Of a DNA stretch of 64,000 nt, positions 44,925-57,939 are shown one piece after another (position 1 is the stretch's first letter; every line of letters starts with the position of its first letter). The DNA is from Obrimoposthia wandeli (lineage: Eukaryota), in the NCBI GenBank assembly GCA_977020255.1, contig CDROCS010005690.1:62001-126000 (forward strand), in the 5' to 3' direction. The notes below the pieces were generated by a model. That model ran no database searches and was not told where the DNA came from. It was given only the letters and a program-made list of their open reading frames with translations. The position numbers were made by a program, and so were the translations under genes.

Positions 44925-44975
44925 CCAATTTTCATGTAGCTCTGGCGCTTAGCGTCGGAGCTACATGAAAATTGG
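44925..44975. repeat. Perfect 18-bp inverted repeat hairpin
   Basis: CCAATTTTCATGTAGCTC (44925-44942) pairs with GAGCTACATGAAAATTGG (44958-44975). Confidence 0.9.
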
Positions 44976-45295
44976 TAAAATAAAAATCGCAATTTCCCAA
45001 CCTCAGTTTGTGGCTCTGTATATAATATAGTTAAGTATCGCTACATAATGAATATATTTATTTCATCGCTTCGCTTAGATTCAGTGACACTTTCAAGAAA
45101 TACCGATTATCGTGAAACGTATAAAACAGATTTCGAAGGTAACGCTTATGCTTTGGCTTATACGTAATCTATTATTCGGAATTTGGGTCAACTAAATAAA
45201 AATATAAATAATTGTATTTCTTTCAATGAGTTTAACTTTCACTGTCCTTTGTTCACATTTGTTTTGGCATCAGAAAAATGGAAATAAATATGAAA

Positions 45296-45470
45296 CAAAT
45301 AAATAATCTAACCTCATTTGTTGCCTTTATTCTCCTAACTTGTCTAACAGGAGATTGTGGCCTTCTGAATACTTTAGGCACCGTATCGTCTGCGATTGGA
45401 GTCGGATTCGGAGTAGCAGTAGGGGTATCACCACACCATCCTTCCGTGAACAAACACCAGTCATTATATA
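45296..45470 (-). pseudogene. Isolated paralog of exon 1 of the Maverick spliced gene
   Basis: LFTEGW...TPIADDTVPKVFRRPQSPVRQVRRIKATNE followed by GTTAGA, versus LFTDDW...TPIADNTVPDSFKRPQSLIRPVRRIKATNE followed by GTTAGA at 50330-50461. Confidence 0.8.
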
Positions 45471-45689
45471 TCTTTTTGTTGAGTTTGTTGAAGTCCTGTA
45501 CTTTGAAACAGTTGATGAGAAGAGTAGTTGAGGGTATTAAGAGAAAGTAAAAACCAATCGAAACTTTATTGATACACGATCTATTAATTTATGCATTATA
45601 GAATTAACATAACAAAATCAACCATAAATCCTCAATAAGTAAAAACCCCAACACTCAAAACTCGTATAAACATATATCATATCCACCAC

Positions 45690-48420
45690 ATCAACTTCTC
45701 CTCTGAGTTATGGAGTAACTATGACAGTGATAGTGAGATAGTGAGTGAGTGAGCGAGTGAGTGAATAAGTGAACGAGCAAGTGTGCGAATGCAGTATGTG
45801 TGTGTTAAAAGTAGTCCGTGGTGTTGAGGATGTTTGGGATGTGGTGAATGGTCTTGCTGATGTTGAAAGTTACGTTTTTGTGTTTTCTTTCATTTTGTGT
45901 GACGATTTTTATTCGTCGGTTGTTGATGGTGTAAGGTTTATTTGATTTGATGATGGTTGTATTGTTGTTTTGATGTTTTATTATTATGTTGTATGTTCCG
46001 TTGTATTTTGGTTGCAAGGATGGTGTGTTGTCTAGTTTGATAAATGCTTGATCGTGTATGGTTGTTGGTTTTGTGAATGGTTTTCAGATAGTGTTGAAGT
46101 TGTATTGTTGTGTATTGTGTTTGAAAATTATTTGTGCTGAATACAGGTTGTCTTCTTTGTGTGTAGTGTTTGTGATGTCGTGTAGTGTTTTGTGTAGGTT
46201 GTCAGTTGTTATTGGTGTTTGAAAAAGCAAGGCTTTCTTTTATTCTCCTGTTTAGGCGTTCGATTTTACTGTTGGATTGAAGTTTTGTGCAGTTGTTGTG
46301 ATTTTTTAATGTTGTATTGTTGACACATAATTAAAACAAAATTGGACTCAAATTGTCGCCTTCTATCTGATATTATCTCAGCTGGATATCCGCAGCATTC
46401 AAACCATTCTCTTCGTAATGTGTGAGTTATTGTGTTTGTGTCGATTGCATGTATGGCTATGGCTTCTGTTCAGTTGGTGGGGTTGTAAATTATGGTCAGT
46501 AGGTATTTGTCTTTATGGTTGGTTGGTAATGGACCTACGATGTCGATATGAATTGTTTGGAATGGGTGTCTTGCTTTGATGTTGAGTTGTTTGATTGGTG
46601 CTTGTTTTTGTGTTTTGTTTAGATTATATTGTTTACATTGTGTGATGAATGTTTGGATTTGTTTTTGCATGTATGGTGAGACGTAGTTTTGTTTGATTAT
46701 GTTGAATTTACCTTTGTTACCGATGTAGTGATTGTTGTGATGATGTTCTATGCATTTCCTTTGTAAGTGTATTAGTAGAATTAATCCTTTCGTTCCGGGA
46801 TTGTTTGTGTCATACCATATGTAATTTTGTTTTGTGAATTTGAAACTATTGTATCAGAAAAGTGTCATTGTGTCTTGTTGTTTGTGTTTGATTTCTTTTT
46901 CATTTAATAGAGGATCGAATGTTATGGTTTTGTTATGTTCAATTCGTGATAGAGTGTCTGCGACTATGTTTGCGTTGCCTGAGATGTGTTTGATTGTGCA
47001 GTTAAATTGTAAGATGTAATTTATTTGTCTGATTTGGCGTGATGAGGATGTGGAGAATCGGTTTGCGATCTGTGTATAATGTGAATGTGTTGCCTTCTAA
47101 GTATGTCTTGAAATGTTTGATCACCTCATATATTGCTAATAGTTATCTTTCAAAGGTAGAATATTTTGTTTAGTGTTTTTTAATTTTTTTAAAAAGAATG
47201 CGAATGGTGTGGGTGGGTATTTTGTTAATTTGTTTAGTACTGCTTCTATGGCATGATTCGATGCGTCTGTGGTGAGAGTTAGTAAAGCGTTTAAAATTGT
47301 GAAGTGTAATGTTGTTGTGTCTGTAAGTGCTTGTTAATGTGATTTTTGCTTGTTTGGGTTTGTTTTTTATCAATTGGTGTAGAGGTGCTAGTATTTCGGC
47401 GCAGTTCGGAATGTGTCTATGGTAAAAGTACACCATACCTAAAAAGCTTCTGATTTCTTTGTTTGTGGTTGGTGTTGGCATATTGTTGTTAGTTTTTGTT
47501 TTACTTAGTAAAGGTCTTATTTGATTGTGCGATATGCCATGGCATAGGAATTCTATGTTTGTTTGATAGTATATGCATTTTTATTGTTGATCTGGAGATT
47601 TTTGTTGTTGAGTATGTTTTTGACGTGTTTTATATCTTTGGTGTGTTCTGCGTGACTGTTGCTTCCTTTTTAAATGTCGTCAATATACGTTACTATGTTG
47701 TTTGTTTTGTGAATTGTTGATCCATAAAACGTTGGAAGGTTGCCGCTGAGATTTGTAGACCAAAAGGTATTTTAATATATTCGAAAAGTCCAAAAGGTGC
47801 GATTATTGCGGTTTTACTGATATTTTCTGTGTGCATAGAAATGTTGTGATAGGCGGATGTGAGATCAATTTTGCTGAAGATTGTAGCGTGTATTAAACGT
47901 GTGGTGATGTTTCTTATGAGTGGAAGTGGATAAGAGTCTGATGTTGTTATTGTGTTTAACATTCTGTAGTCTCCGCAGCGTCTCCATGTTTGGTCTTTTT
48001 TTGTTACATCATGCGATCTCATGATCATGATGAGTTGGACTTTTGTATTATGTATTGTTTTTCTAACTCAGTGAATGTTTGTTTTGTAGCTGCTAGTTTG
48101 TCTGGAGGGGGTTGTCTTACTTTGGTGTGACATGGTCTCTCATTTGTTATGATTTTTGTTATTTTTTTCCTATGTGTGCGACGTTGGTGTGATAATTTGT
48201 TTGATTGTTCAAGAATATCAGGGTTTTATTTTTGCAATCTATAAGTATGTTGTAGTATGCTAGGAAATCGGAGCCTAGTATTGCTTGTTGACAATGATGA
48301 AAAGCCATTTCTGTGGTTTGTTATTTAGTGTGATGGTAATTTCTGTCTCACCGTATGCAGAAATGTTATTGCCATTTGCTGCGTGAAGTTGGTTGAATGA
48401 TGTATAAATTGGTGTATATT
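45690..48420 (-). mobile_element. Degenerate Gypsy element (RT, RNase H, integrase, PPT)
   Basis: KKDQTWRRCGDYRMLN, FSKIDLTSAYH, PFGL; EIRSFLGM; IHIDIVGPLP; PPT AGAGGAGAAG (45704-45695) before TGTGGTGG at 45690. Confidence 0.85.
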
Positions 48421-48689
48421 TCGTTTAAATTCATTTTAAAAAATCGAGAAACTTGATGATACAACCATAAAAGATACAAAGAACCACAATTAGTAAATGG
48501 GTTTTGTATACGAGTTTTATTATGGAATACATGGCATTTTCCTTGAGTTTCTACATGTCTGATGAGTGCTGATGAATAATAAATACCTAGAGGGTCGAAT
48601 ACGTGTACACTATCACGTTTCACGAACAGCACAATCAAGTGTTCATCAGGTATATTACTCAATTTCTGTTCTCGTAATTCAATTCCCAC
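48366..48689 (-). pseudogene. Maverick adenain-like cysteine protease (truncated)
   Basis: HLIVLF...VFDPLG...RIQNPFTNCGSLYLL (His, Asp, Gln, Cys pattern); C-terminus runs into Gypsy-like sequence. Confidence 0.75.
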
Positions 48690-48980
48690 AGTTTTTACAT
48701 GTTTAGAACTATATTAATAATAATTTCAATTATAATAATATACTCTTAATTCATCATAAAATTGCACGTTTGCCTTTTGTTAATTGAATTTCCGAATCGA
48801 AAATACCGTAAAATATAATGTTTGATGGATGTTCCTATCCAGTGAGAAACTTTACGTCAAGTTTTAGATTACTTTGCCTCGGTAATTGATGTTGATTTAC
48901 GTCAAAATCAGGGGCCAAAACAAATGTGAAAAATTGATAAGGTTCCTTAAAATAATCAAATGTTATACCTATGTTTATAT

Positions 48981-50110
48981 TGTTAGGATTGGGATTTTAA
49001 AAATTTTCAAAAATAATATTTATTATATAAGAGAATAAAACCTTGAAAGCAAGATTAAAATAAAATAAAATCAAAATTCAAAATTCAAATAAAATAAAAT
49101 CAAAAAAAGAGTATTTTAGGACCTTGACGAGGTCAAGTGTTAATGCGAAAAGTTTAGGGCCCAAAAGAACGAACAAAAAATGAGAATTAGAAGGAAACCA
49201 ATTAAGGAATTTTAGGATTAATTACGGAAATCGAGTATATACAGCGAAGTGATTACTGAAGGGAAACGATCAGCTGTTGCAGAAATCCCATTAAGAAGTT
49301 TTTAATTGCTGAAGGGAAACGATCAGCTGTCACGGAAATTCCATTAAGTAGTCTGCCACAGTCTCAGTTATTGGAGCACTCGAGCCTCGGAGAAAAGCAC
49401 TAAATCTAAAAGGTAAAATTTAGTATAAAAAAGAATTTTCCTAACTTGATTTTCAAAAAAAGTATAAAAGAAGTAAACGTGATCTCAGAAGTTCAGACAG
49501 ACAGATTAAATCAAAATTGATATCTTGATTTTCAGAAAAAGTATAAAAGAAGTAAACGTGATCTCAAAAGTTCAAACCGACAGATTAAATCGAAATTTAT
49601 AAAGAACCGTAGAAGACAAGCCGGGGAAAGAAACAGGAAGCAGCGAAGCTATATTCCTCGGAATCGACAAGTGGCACCGGAAGGACAACAGCTACTCCGA
49701 AGGAAAGGTGAACGTTGCTAAACGAATTGTCGAAATATTGTTATATTTACTAAACGAATTGTTGAACTGCTGTCATATTTACTAAACGAATTGTCGAGCT
49801 ATTGTTAAATTATCATAATCGAATTTTAAAGGAAGTAAATTGTGTTTTGACTAAAAGAGAAATTGCATTTTGACAAAAAAAAATTACCTTTCGAAGTAAA
49901 AAGTATAGAACTCACAAAATTGTTAAGACCAATTAAAATCGATACGTTAAGACATCCCCATTTGTGTGACGTTTAGTACAGTAATTAGGACTAATTGTTG
50001 TAATTTTTAGGAACGTAGTTTAGAGAATAAAGTTTTCCTACATTTAGCAGAGTTTTTTGAACGAACCCTTGCAATCAGGTAAGTACCGATCCACCATACA
50101 TTACACCACA
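48981..50110 (+). mobile_element. LTR of the same superfamily, plus orientation; right end not defined
   Basis: Starts TGTTAGGATTGGG after ATAT. Carries reverse complements of the CTTGCTTTCAAGG, GACC..GGTC and ACGTATCGATTTT motifs. No matching TSD found at the right. Confidence 0.75.
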
Positions 50111-50329
50111 ATAGGGGGAATTTTCCAGTATCCCATGTAAGTAGGTGGATGTGTCCGGTCAAATCCACACCCCCTCCCCTCTCTGTTCTTTAAAACCGTG
50201 CATGTGTGTGGAGTGAAATTTCGTGTATGTGTGTGGAGTGAAATTTTCTACCCCCCCACCCAACACTCAAAAAACTAATTAACCCCATATAACACCCTTT
50301 AAAATTGAAAATCTCATAAGTGGCGCCTG

Positions 50330-51852
50330 TTCACCGACGATTGGGATGGTGTCACTCCCTCTACAACTCCAACTCCGATAGCCGACAATACGGTGCCAGA
50401 TTCATTCAAAAGACCGCAATCTCTGATACGTCCTGTTAGGAGAATAAAAGCGACGAATGAGGTTAGACATCATTTATTTAAAATGTTTTTTAATTTCATT
50501 TTCAGAAACTTCAACTGGATTTGGCACCGTCAGTGACCACGATGGAGTGGCTGATTGATCCGCAGTACTTGGCGAATCAATGTACACAGGATGATCCCAT
50601 GAGTGATCAGCGATACCTATCGACTCCGGCTAAATTTGAGGTATATTATTATTTATTAGTTAATTATTTTAATTATTCACATAGGAAGCCGAATTGGTGG
50701 AGGAAATTTGGGAGGAGGCAACTCTCAGACTACCCGTCGATAGGAAACAAGCGGCGGTTAAGAAACCTCGACGCCATCGGGTCAAAACCCACACGGTCCA
50801 TCGGAAGAAGGCCAAGTTGGCTCAACAGGCTAACCTGCCCGTCATCGAGGTAAATTATTTATATTTTTAAATTTTATTTATGTTTTTTGTTGCAGGAACC
50901 AATACAATTAACTGAGGAGACATGGAGCAAAATTTCTCCTTTCGCGCAGAAGCGAACGAGGCAGGCTGCTGTACGGAAGACGATGCGTCTTAGAAAGGCG
51001 AAATCTTGTCTGCTCAAATCGAGCGAAGTAACGATAGAGCGGCAGGAAAAACTTCCGTATCAGATTATTGGGGTAAAATTTTAGATATTTAAATATTTTT
51101 TATATAAATGAATTTTATTAAAAAAATTATTAATGTTTTCTCTGCAGGAACCTGTCCGAATAATTGAGGAGGCTTGAGTAGAAATTACTCCTTTTCCCAA
51201 GAAACGGACGAAGCGAGCAGAGGTGAAGAAGACGAGGCGCTCGAGAAAATGTAACACCTCAATTGGCCATTATTCTGAGGCGGTGATTGGACGGCAGGAG
51301 ATTCTCCCATATACAGTGGAAGACGTTCCAATTTTATACGAGAGGATCCCAGTCTCACCGTTCAAGATTATTCCGCCATCAAGTCAACGACGCCTGCAGG
51401 AGACATCACCGGCCTTTCCTCGTCCAACAACCAGCCAGAACTTAAAGAGAGCCTGGGATGAAGCTGGATTGGACGAATTCCTGGCGGAACTGGATACACC
51501 GGCAATGCTTCCAGATTCGCTAGGGCAACAGGATGCCGTCTCACGCCAGCTTCAGCGTGAGAAGGAGGAGAAACAGAAGAAAGCTCCGCGGAAGAGGAAG
51601 GCTACTGCTTCTATGTCGGGGCCATCAACATCAACACCTCCTCCCAAAAAGTTGCGGCAACAATTGCCAAAAGCTGAGGGAAGGACAATTGCTACAAAGC
51701 AACCGGTGAAGACGAAAAAGAAACCGGGCCGGCCAAAGAAGAATGAACCAGTACCGCTTTCTCCTATAATACTTAGTCGGAGGGATTTCGACCCGGATGA
51801 TCCCAATGATGACTTCGTAAAGATGTTTAAAAATATAATTTATAAACATTAG
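50330..51852 (+). CDS. Spliced Maverick accessory gene: basic, repeated exons, AT-hook; one nonsense codon
   Basis: Exons ~50330-50461, 50506-50640, 50684-50848, 50897-51070 and 51149-51852 with short GT-AG introns. KKPGRPKK near the C-terminus; TGA at a conserved Trp position in exon 5. Start codon not located. Confidence 0.7.
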
Positions 51853-52131
51853 TTTCATATGTTTTATTGTTAATATTTATTTAAATATCATCTTTAAGTT
51901 TATTAAAATATCAACATGAAAAAAATATTTAATTTATTCGCCTGTGATTGGATTAATAAGGAATCATTGAAATTTTTTTAGGTTTAAATATAAATGCAAT
52001 GATTAGTTATAGATTTATTAAACTTTCATTTGATACATAAAAATATATCATTTCATTGCTTGTGATTGGATTAAAAATGTCTTAAATTTATATATATAGG
52101 TTCAAATTTATTAACCTCTTCATAATTAAAA

Positions 52132-52437
52132 ATGGAATTCATTAAATTGCAAAGCTTGGTAGCGAAGATAGAAGCAAACATCAGAATAAATGAGAAGAAA
52201 GGGGACTTAAGAAAGAGGGTCCTCAATCAAAATTTGTATGCTGCTGTCGCGACCGAGTGGAATTGCCGGGTGGAGATACAAGATAGGAGGCTAGCAGAAT
52301 GACGTCGAATCGTGGAGTGGAATAAGAAGATCGAATTGGAAAAAAGGAAGGTGGATGAAAATGGAAGAGAAGAGATGGAGGATATTCGGAGGCAAGCAAG
52401 AAAAAGAATCCTCCAGATTAAACCGGAAATTTTTTGA
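52132..52437 (+). pseudogene. Small Maverick ORF with SERTA-like N-terminus, internal TGA at 52300
   Basis: MEFIKLQSLVAKIEANIRINEKKGGLKKRVLNQNLYAAVATE; 101 codons with one stop. Confidence 0.4.
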
Positions 52438-52772
52438 TTATTTTTTGTCTTTATTGATTAGGTTACATAATTGTCTAAATATTTTACTTAAGCATACTAA
52501 ATATAAACGATTTTATATATAATGCTTTTGTAAAATGGATAATAAAATTTGAAATAAATTATACATAAAATTATCTCCAAATTTAATGGAAGATTATAAA
52601 AAAAATTACTTTTCAGAAAATGATACCGAGGAAATTGTTGGATATAAATTATGTAATTTAATTTCGAAATATTTAGGTATGTTTACATTTAATATAATTT
52701 ATTTTAATATTCATAGGAGAATTGACAATATATACCAATCTTAACATGAAAGACTGAATACTTTGTTATTTT

Positions 52773-54756
52773 TGTTGGGGTTTCTATACGAAACTTGGTA
52801 TAGAGCCTCTTAATGTGCGGAGGGCCCCAACGTGAGTTCGATTAGAAGCAGGTCTTAAAGTTGGTCGTGGCCTACTTAGTGTTATGGTTGCCTAATCTCT
52901 TGTACTATCTGAAGGTATTTGATTTGATGTCTCTTAGTCTGAAGGGTGTAAAAACAACTTGTTCAATGTAGGAAATTGTTTATTCAAAATTCACGTAACT
53001 AACACCACAATACGTTTATGTACGTATTTCTAAAAAGTATGATAAAATTCCTAAAGGACTTCTGTGAGTCTCTACAAGAAGTGGGGATGAACCACGTATC
53101 GATTTTACGTTCAGGTGATTAAGTTCCTTAGGTTTAGTCTTCTTACTCAGGTTGGTTAATCTATAACGCAACTCTCTTAAATTTCTTCGCTCCTACTTCT
53201 TATCTCTAGCTAATGTTTCTTTGTTCCTTGTCCCAAATTGTCTACTGTAGACAAGGGATCTCCTAAAATCCTAATTGTCAAGATGACAATAAAAACTTAC
53301 TCCTAATTGTCAACTACGGACAATGAGCGAACCGAATTGTCAGCTAGTGGACAATGAGTCTTACCGAATTGTCTACTAGGGACAATGAATATTTATCCGA
53401 ATTACCAACTAGGGGCAATGAAGGAACCTAATTGTCAGCTAGGGACAATGAATCTTACGGGAAAAACGTCAGGTAGGTTTCCTAATTGTCGCTGGGGACA
53501 ATGAATAAAGGTCCGATCCTAATTACCAACTAGGGGCAATGATTGTGCTAAAGAGACAAAGGTCCTAATTACCAGCTAGGGGTAATGAATTTGTTTATTA
53601 ATTTAAAACGTAGAATTACCAACTAGGGGTAATGAAAGTAACCTAATTGCCTACTAGGGGCAATGAATGAACCTAGTCGGTGGTCTTACCAGTTACAGCA
53701 ACTCGTGGGACGTCCGGTGTAGGGTCCGTATGTGGTGTTTGCGAGCCTGGCGGAATCGTCTTCGAAATCGACTGTTCGTCTCTTCAATCAACGGTTCGAC
53801 TCTTCAATCAACGGTTCGACTTCTTCAATCAACGGTTCGACTCTTCAATCAACGGTTCGACTTCTTCAATCAACGGTTCGACTCTTCAATCAACGGTTCG
53901 ACTCTTCAATCAACGGTTCGACTCTTCAATCAACGGTTCGACTTCTTCAATCAACGGTTCGACTTCTTCAATCAACGGTTCGACTCTTCAATCAACGGTT
54001 CGACTCTTCAATCAACGGTTCGACTTCTTCAATCAACGGTTCGACTCTTCAATCAACGGTTCGACTTCTTCAATCAACGGTTCGACTCTTCAATCAACGG
54101 TTCGACTCTTCAATCAACGGTTCGACTCTTCAATCAACGGTTCGACTTCTTCAATCAACGGTTCGACTCTTCAATCAACGGTTCGACTCTTAAATCAACG
54201 GTTCGACTCTTCAATCAACGGTTCGACTCTTCAATCAACGGTTCGACTTCTTCAATCAACGGTTCGTCTGACGAGGGGATTGTTGCTTCCTGTCTTGGTT
54301 TCTTCTGGCGATTCCGTATTTGTGATTCTAGCTGGAAAACCTGCCTTTATATATTGGCACGGGACGTCAATCAGTTGACGGCTGTTTTGAGTCCTTCTTC
54401 AGCGAACCCGGAGAGAATATTGCAATGTCAATCAATTGACAGCTGCAAACAAAATTTAGTTTATTGCACGAAAATGTGCTTACCTTGGGGATCCTTGAGC
54501 GACGGTTGTAATTAACCGTTTTTCTTTTAATTAACTAAATTTCTTGCGACTTCTGGGTTAATTAATTTAACTTATATACATCTCACATTGTACACGACCT
54601 TCGTGGTCCTCCTAATTTTACCCTAATATTTCACTATTTTTACTTCTAAAACTTAAATTAATATTTTAATTTAATTTTCGACCTTGCTTTCAAGGATTTT
54701 TATTTTAGTATTTAATCAACTAAAATATTTAATTTTCTTAATTCTCAACCTTAACA
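52773..54756 (-). mobile_element. Solo LTR nested in the Maverick
   Basis: Termini TGTTGGGG...CTTAACA with 4-bp TSD TTTT; first ~350 bp clearly homologous to 14703-15030. Confidence 0.9.
53781..54266. repeat. 20/21-bp tandem array TCTTCAATCAACGGTTCGAC(T), 24 units
   Basis: Direct count; no spacers between units. Confidence 0.97.
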
Positions 54757-54818
54757 TTTTAATAAAATTTTGATTTTTTCGTTATAAACAACAGGATTTG
54801 CTGCAAATTTAGATAATT

Positions 54819-55307
54819 ATGCAGGAATATATCATAGATTTTGAGGCTTTCATTAACAAAAATGGTGATTATATTATAAAAGAATTATGTATTATGGATG
54901 TATGCGACGTTTTTCATCCTTTGCATTTCATATTTCAAATAGATATCCTGTTTAAAAGTTTAGATTATAAGAAAAAATTTACTAATTTATATCTAACTAA
55001 TTACTTTCATTTATTAAAATGGAAAGAAGGACATAAGGCTTTTTGTGAAATATGTATTTTCGATACAATAACATCTAATTTTGATATAGAAAATGGAATT
55101 TTTTATGTTTTAGATGAAATGGATGGCAAAAAATATAAGACTTTAAAAAAATATTTCCCCAAATTGAGGTTGAATACTTTAAATATTTCACGTGATCATC
55201 TATTAAAAATTCCACGAAATATTTGCTGTCCATATCGTAATCATGGTGACCATTGTGCATATATAAAATGTTTAAGTCTTTCTTATTATTACTTGACATG
55301 TAGATAA
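54819..55307 (+). CDS. Maverick accessory protein, DEDD exonuclease-like N-terminus
   Basis: YIIDFEAF...IIKELCI; C-terminal CPYRNHGDHCA. Confidence 0.55.
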   Translation: MQEYIIDFEAFINKNGDYIIKELCIMDVCDVFHPLHFIFQIDILFKSLDYKKKFTNLYLTNYFHLLKWKEGHKAFCEICIFDTITSNFDIENGIFYVLDEMDGKKYKTLKKYFPKLRLNTLNISRDHLLKIPRNICCPYRNHGDHCAYIKCLSLSYYYLTCR

Positions 55308-55507
55308 ACAATTCTTCTAATTGGAGAAATTTATTATTAAAATTTTACAACTAATTATAAATAAGCCTTTTGATTGGAGGAATAAAAATATTTTTTTTAA
55401 CCAATAACAGATAAACAATCCTTCTCAGTGGAGGGATAAATTCAATTTTTTAATCCAATAGGAATCACCTAGAGTATCACCTAAATAATAAATATGTTAT
55501 AGTTAAG

Positions 55508-57939
55508 GTGCCATTAGGAAATGAAATTTTATTAAACGTAGGTGTAGATTCAAATATTGAAAATCTTTTAAAATCAGAAGTGACTAAATTAGGACAGGCT
55601 AAGGTTCAATTTTGTGCAACAGTGCAGTTTAAAAATGTCAATGAGGAGACTAAAACTTGGATAATTTCACATAAAGCCACTGTTTTCTATGATAATTTTG
55701 TAACTGAAATTGGAAGAAATCTAGATGAAAAAATTGCTAATTATAGCGAGTTAAGTAGTGGATGGAATCTAGTTAGCATTCACGATGTTAGCTTTGTTCT
55801 AACAAAGTTCACTGACATGATATATCTTTCGGGGAGTTTATACATTCCTTCACCTAGATCTCTTCAACTTTCACGTTCCATTGTTAACATACAAAACAGT
55901 GATAACCTTTGCTTTCTGTATAGCGTGTTGGCCATCCTCAAAAGGGGTGTAATTACTGAACATAGAGAGCGTGGAGAACCTTGGCCGTCGTCTTCATAAA
56001 AAACCACGAATTCCCATCGTGTTTCATAACCTCAAAGGATATGATTTGCATCCTATACTTAAATATGCGTTGGGTACATTAAGCTCTTGGGAAATTTCAT
56101 GTATACCTCAAACTTCAAAGAAATATTTATCTTTAACTGCATATACTGAATTCTGCAGTTTAAGATTCATAGATTCTCTGCAGTTTTTGAGCGGGTCTTT
56201 AAAAAATTTAACGGCATCTTTAAATGCATGGCCAATCACACAGTCAGTGTTCCCAGCTTCAGTTAATGATAAGGGGATTTTTCCGTATAAATTTACGAAA
56301 ACCTTGGCAGATTTAGAAAATACTACAGAAATCCCACCCATAACTGAATTTGAAAGTGTAAGTCTTCAAGACTTTAATGAGGCCCGTACATTTTGGGCGA
56401 ATAATTGTCGAAATCTTCTTGAATATATGCTTTATTATATGAAATTAGACATTTATCTTTTAGCTGATGTTTTTGAGTCCTTTCGTGTAAAGTCTTTAGC
56501 AGAAGATGGGCTAGATCCCATGCATTTCTTTAGTTTACCTGGTCTTTCATGGGCAACAGCAATAAAAACTCTTAAAATTAATATCGAGTTACTGCAAGAT
56601 CCCACGATGTATCAAATGTATGATTATGGTATACGCAGTGGAATGACTTTTGTCAACAAACATCATGTTGTCAAAAATCAATCCACGGAGATTCTGTACA
56701 TCGACATTAATGATTTGTATGGGTGGGCGCTTACTCAACCTCTACCTCATGCCAACTTTAAGTGGGTTTATGATGAGGAAGAGTTGAATAAGTTGATGAC
56801 AGATTTGGCTATTGTTGATACAGTTTCATCAGACATCGGCTATTTGGCTGAGGTTGACTTAACAATCCCTTCCAATGTGCATGATAAATTAGATGATCTT
56901 CCAGTAGCGCCTGTTCATCAATGCCCACCTAATCCAAAGGTTAAGAAATTATTGTTAACACATGAAGACAAGTTGAATTATGTTGTGCATTGGCGGCTCT
57001 TCAATTCTATTTAAAGTTGGGAGCAAAAGTTACTCGAATTCATCATGCTATAAGCTTCAGTCAAAACTTTGTGTTTAAAGACTATATTGAGAAGAATTCT
57101 AGAAAACGTAATATGGCCACTAGCAAATTCGATCGGGATTTTTACTAGTTAAAAAGTAACAGTCTCTTTGGAAAAACTGTAGAGGACTTGCAGAAACTTA
57201 TTTGTCTACGCTTTTGCAATGATGAGCGTAAACTAATAACATATACTAGCAAGTACAACTTCAAGCGTAGTTTTACAAATGCAGATGACTTGGTAGCAGT
57301 GTTATTAGGAAAACAGAGTATTTGTCTCGATCAACCGAGTTATATAGGTTAAACGGTTTTAGACATTTCTAAACTCAGAATGTACGAGCTTCAATACATA
57401 GAATTGGAGAAATATCGACGAGAATTCAATTGTGAGATCAAAATCGCAGCTGGGGACACTGACTCTTTCTTTTTAGAATGTAAAATGTTAGTTTAAATAA
57501 TCAATTATTACCGGGAATGTTTAGGGACAACTTATTAGATACCCATAAATATCCCGCTAACAATCCTCTACACTCAATGAGTTTAAAGAATATTATCGGG
57601 AAATTTAAGGATGAAAGCGAGGGACAGGTTTCGTATGATGATTGTATTTTCCTACGCCCTAAATGCTACAGTTTACATGCATCTAATAATACATGTTCAA
57701 TGAGAGCAAAGGGTGTGGGAAGAAACAATCTTACACATGAGGCCTACCGGAAAGTTTATGATACTGGGTGTGTTGAAACCGTTGAGCAAACTAGATTTAT
57801 TTCAAGAGCCCATCAACTGTATTCCCATAAATCAACAAAAATCGCTTTGAGTAGTAATGACGACAAGCGCTTTTGGGTAGAAAAGAATGCTAGCCTGGCT
57901 TATGGACACTTCCGAATTTATATGGTTTTCATTTTTTGA
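55508..57939 (+). pseudogene. polB: Protein-primed DNA polymerase B (frameshifts, stops, internal deletion near 55970)
   Basis: FHNLKGYD, FIDSLQF, KGIFPY, DIYLLADVFE, YIDINDLYGWAL, KSNSLFGKT, GDTDS, IGKFKDE, RPKCY, KGV, DDKR. Confidence 0.95.

Noticed and set aside
45278-45550. Plus-strand ORF with apparent signal peptide
   Set aside because: Antisense shadow of the minus-strand Maverick exon paralog.
50110-50300. Maverick terminal inverted repeat
   Set aside because: The protease gene lies further left and no partner repeat or AG-rich terminus is visible in the window.
53781-54266. Regular short repeats suggesting a CRISPR array (also 11727-12165 and 13170-13390)
   Set aside because: Units abut with no unique spacers, the context is eukaryotic LTR DNA and no cas genes are present.
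53667-54515. Long repetitive ORFs (282, 232, 153 aa)
   Set aside because: Artefacts of a stop-poor tandem array, open in all three frames; the same applies to ORFs 70-365 and 11548-11843 in the LTRs.
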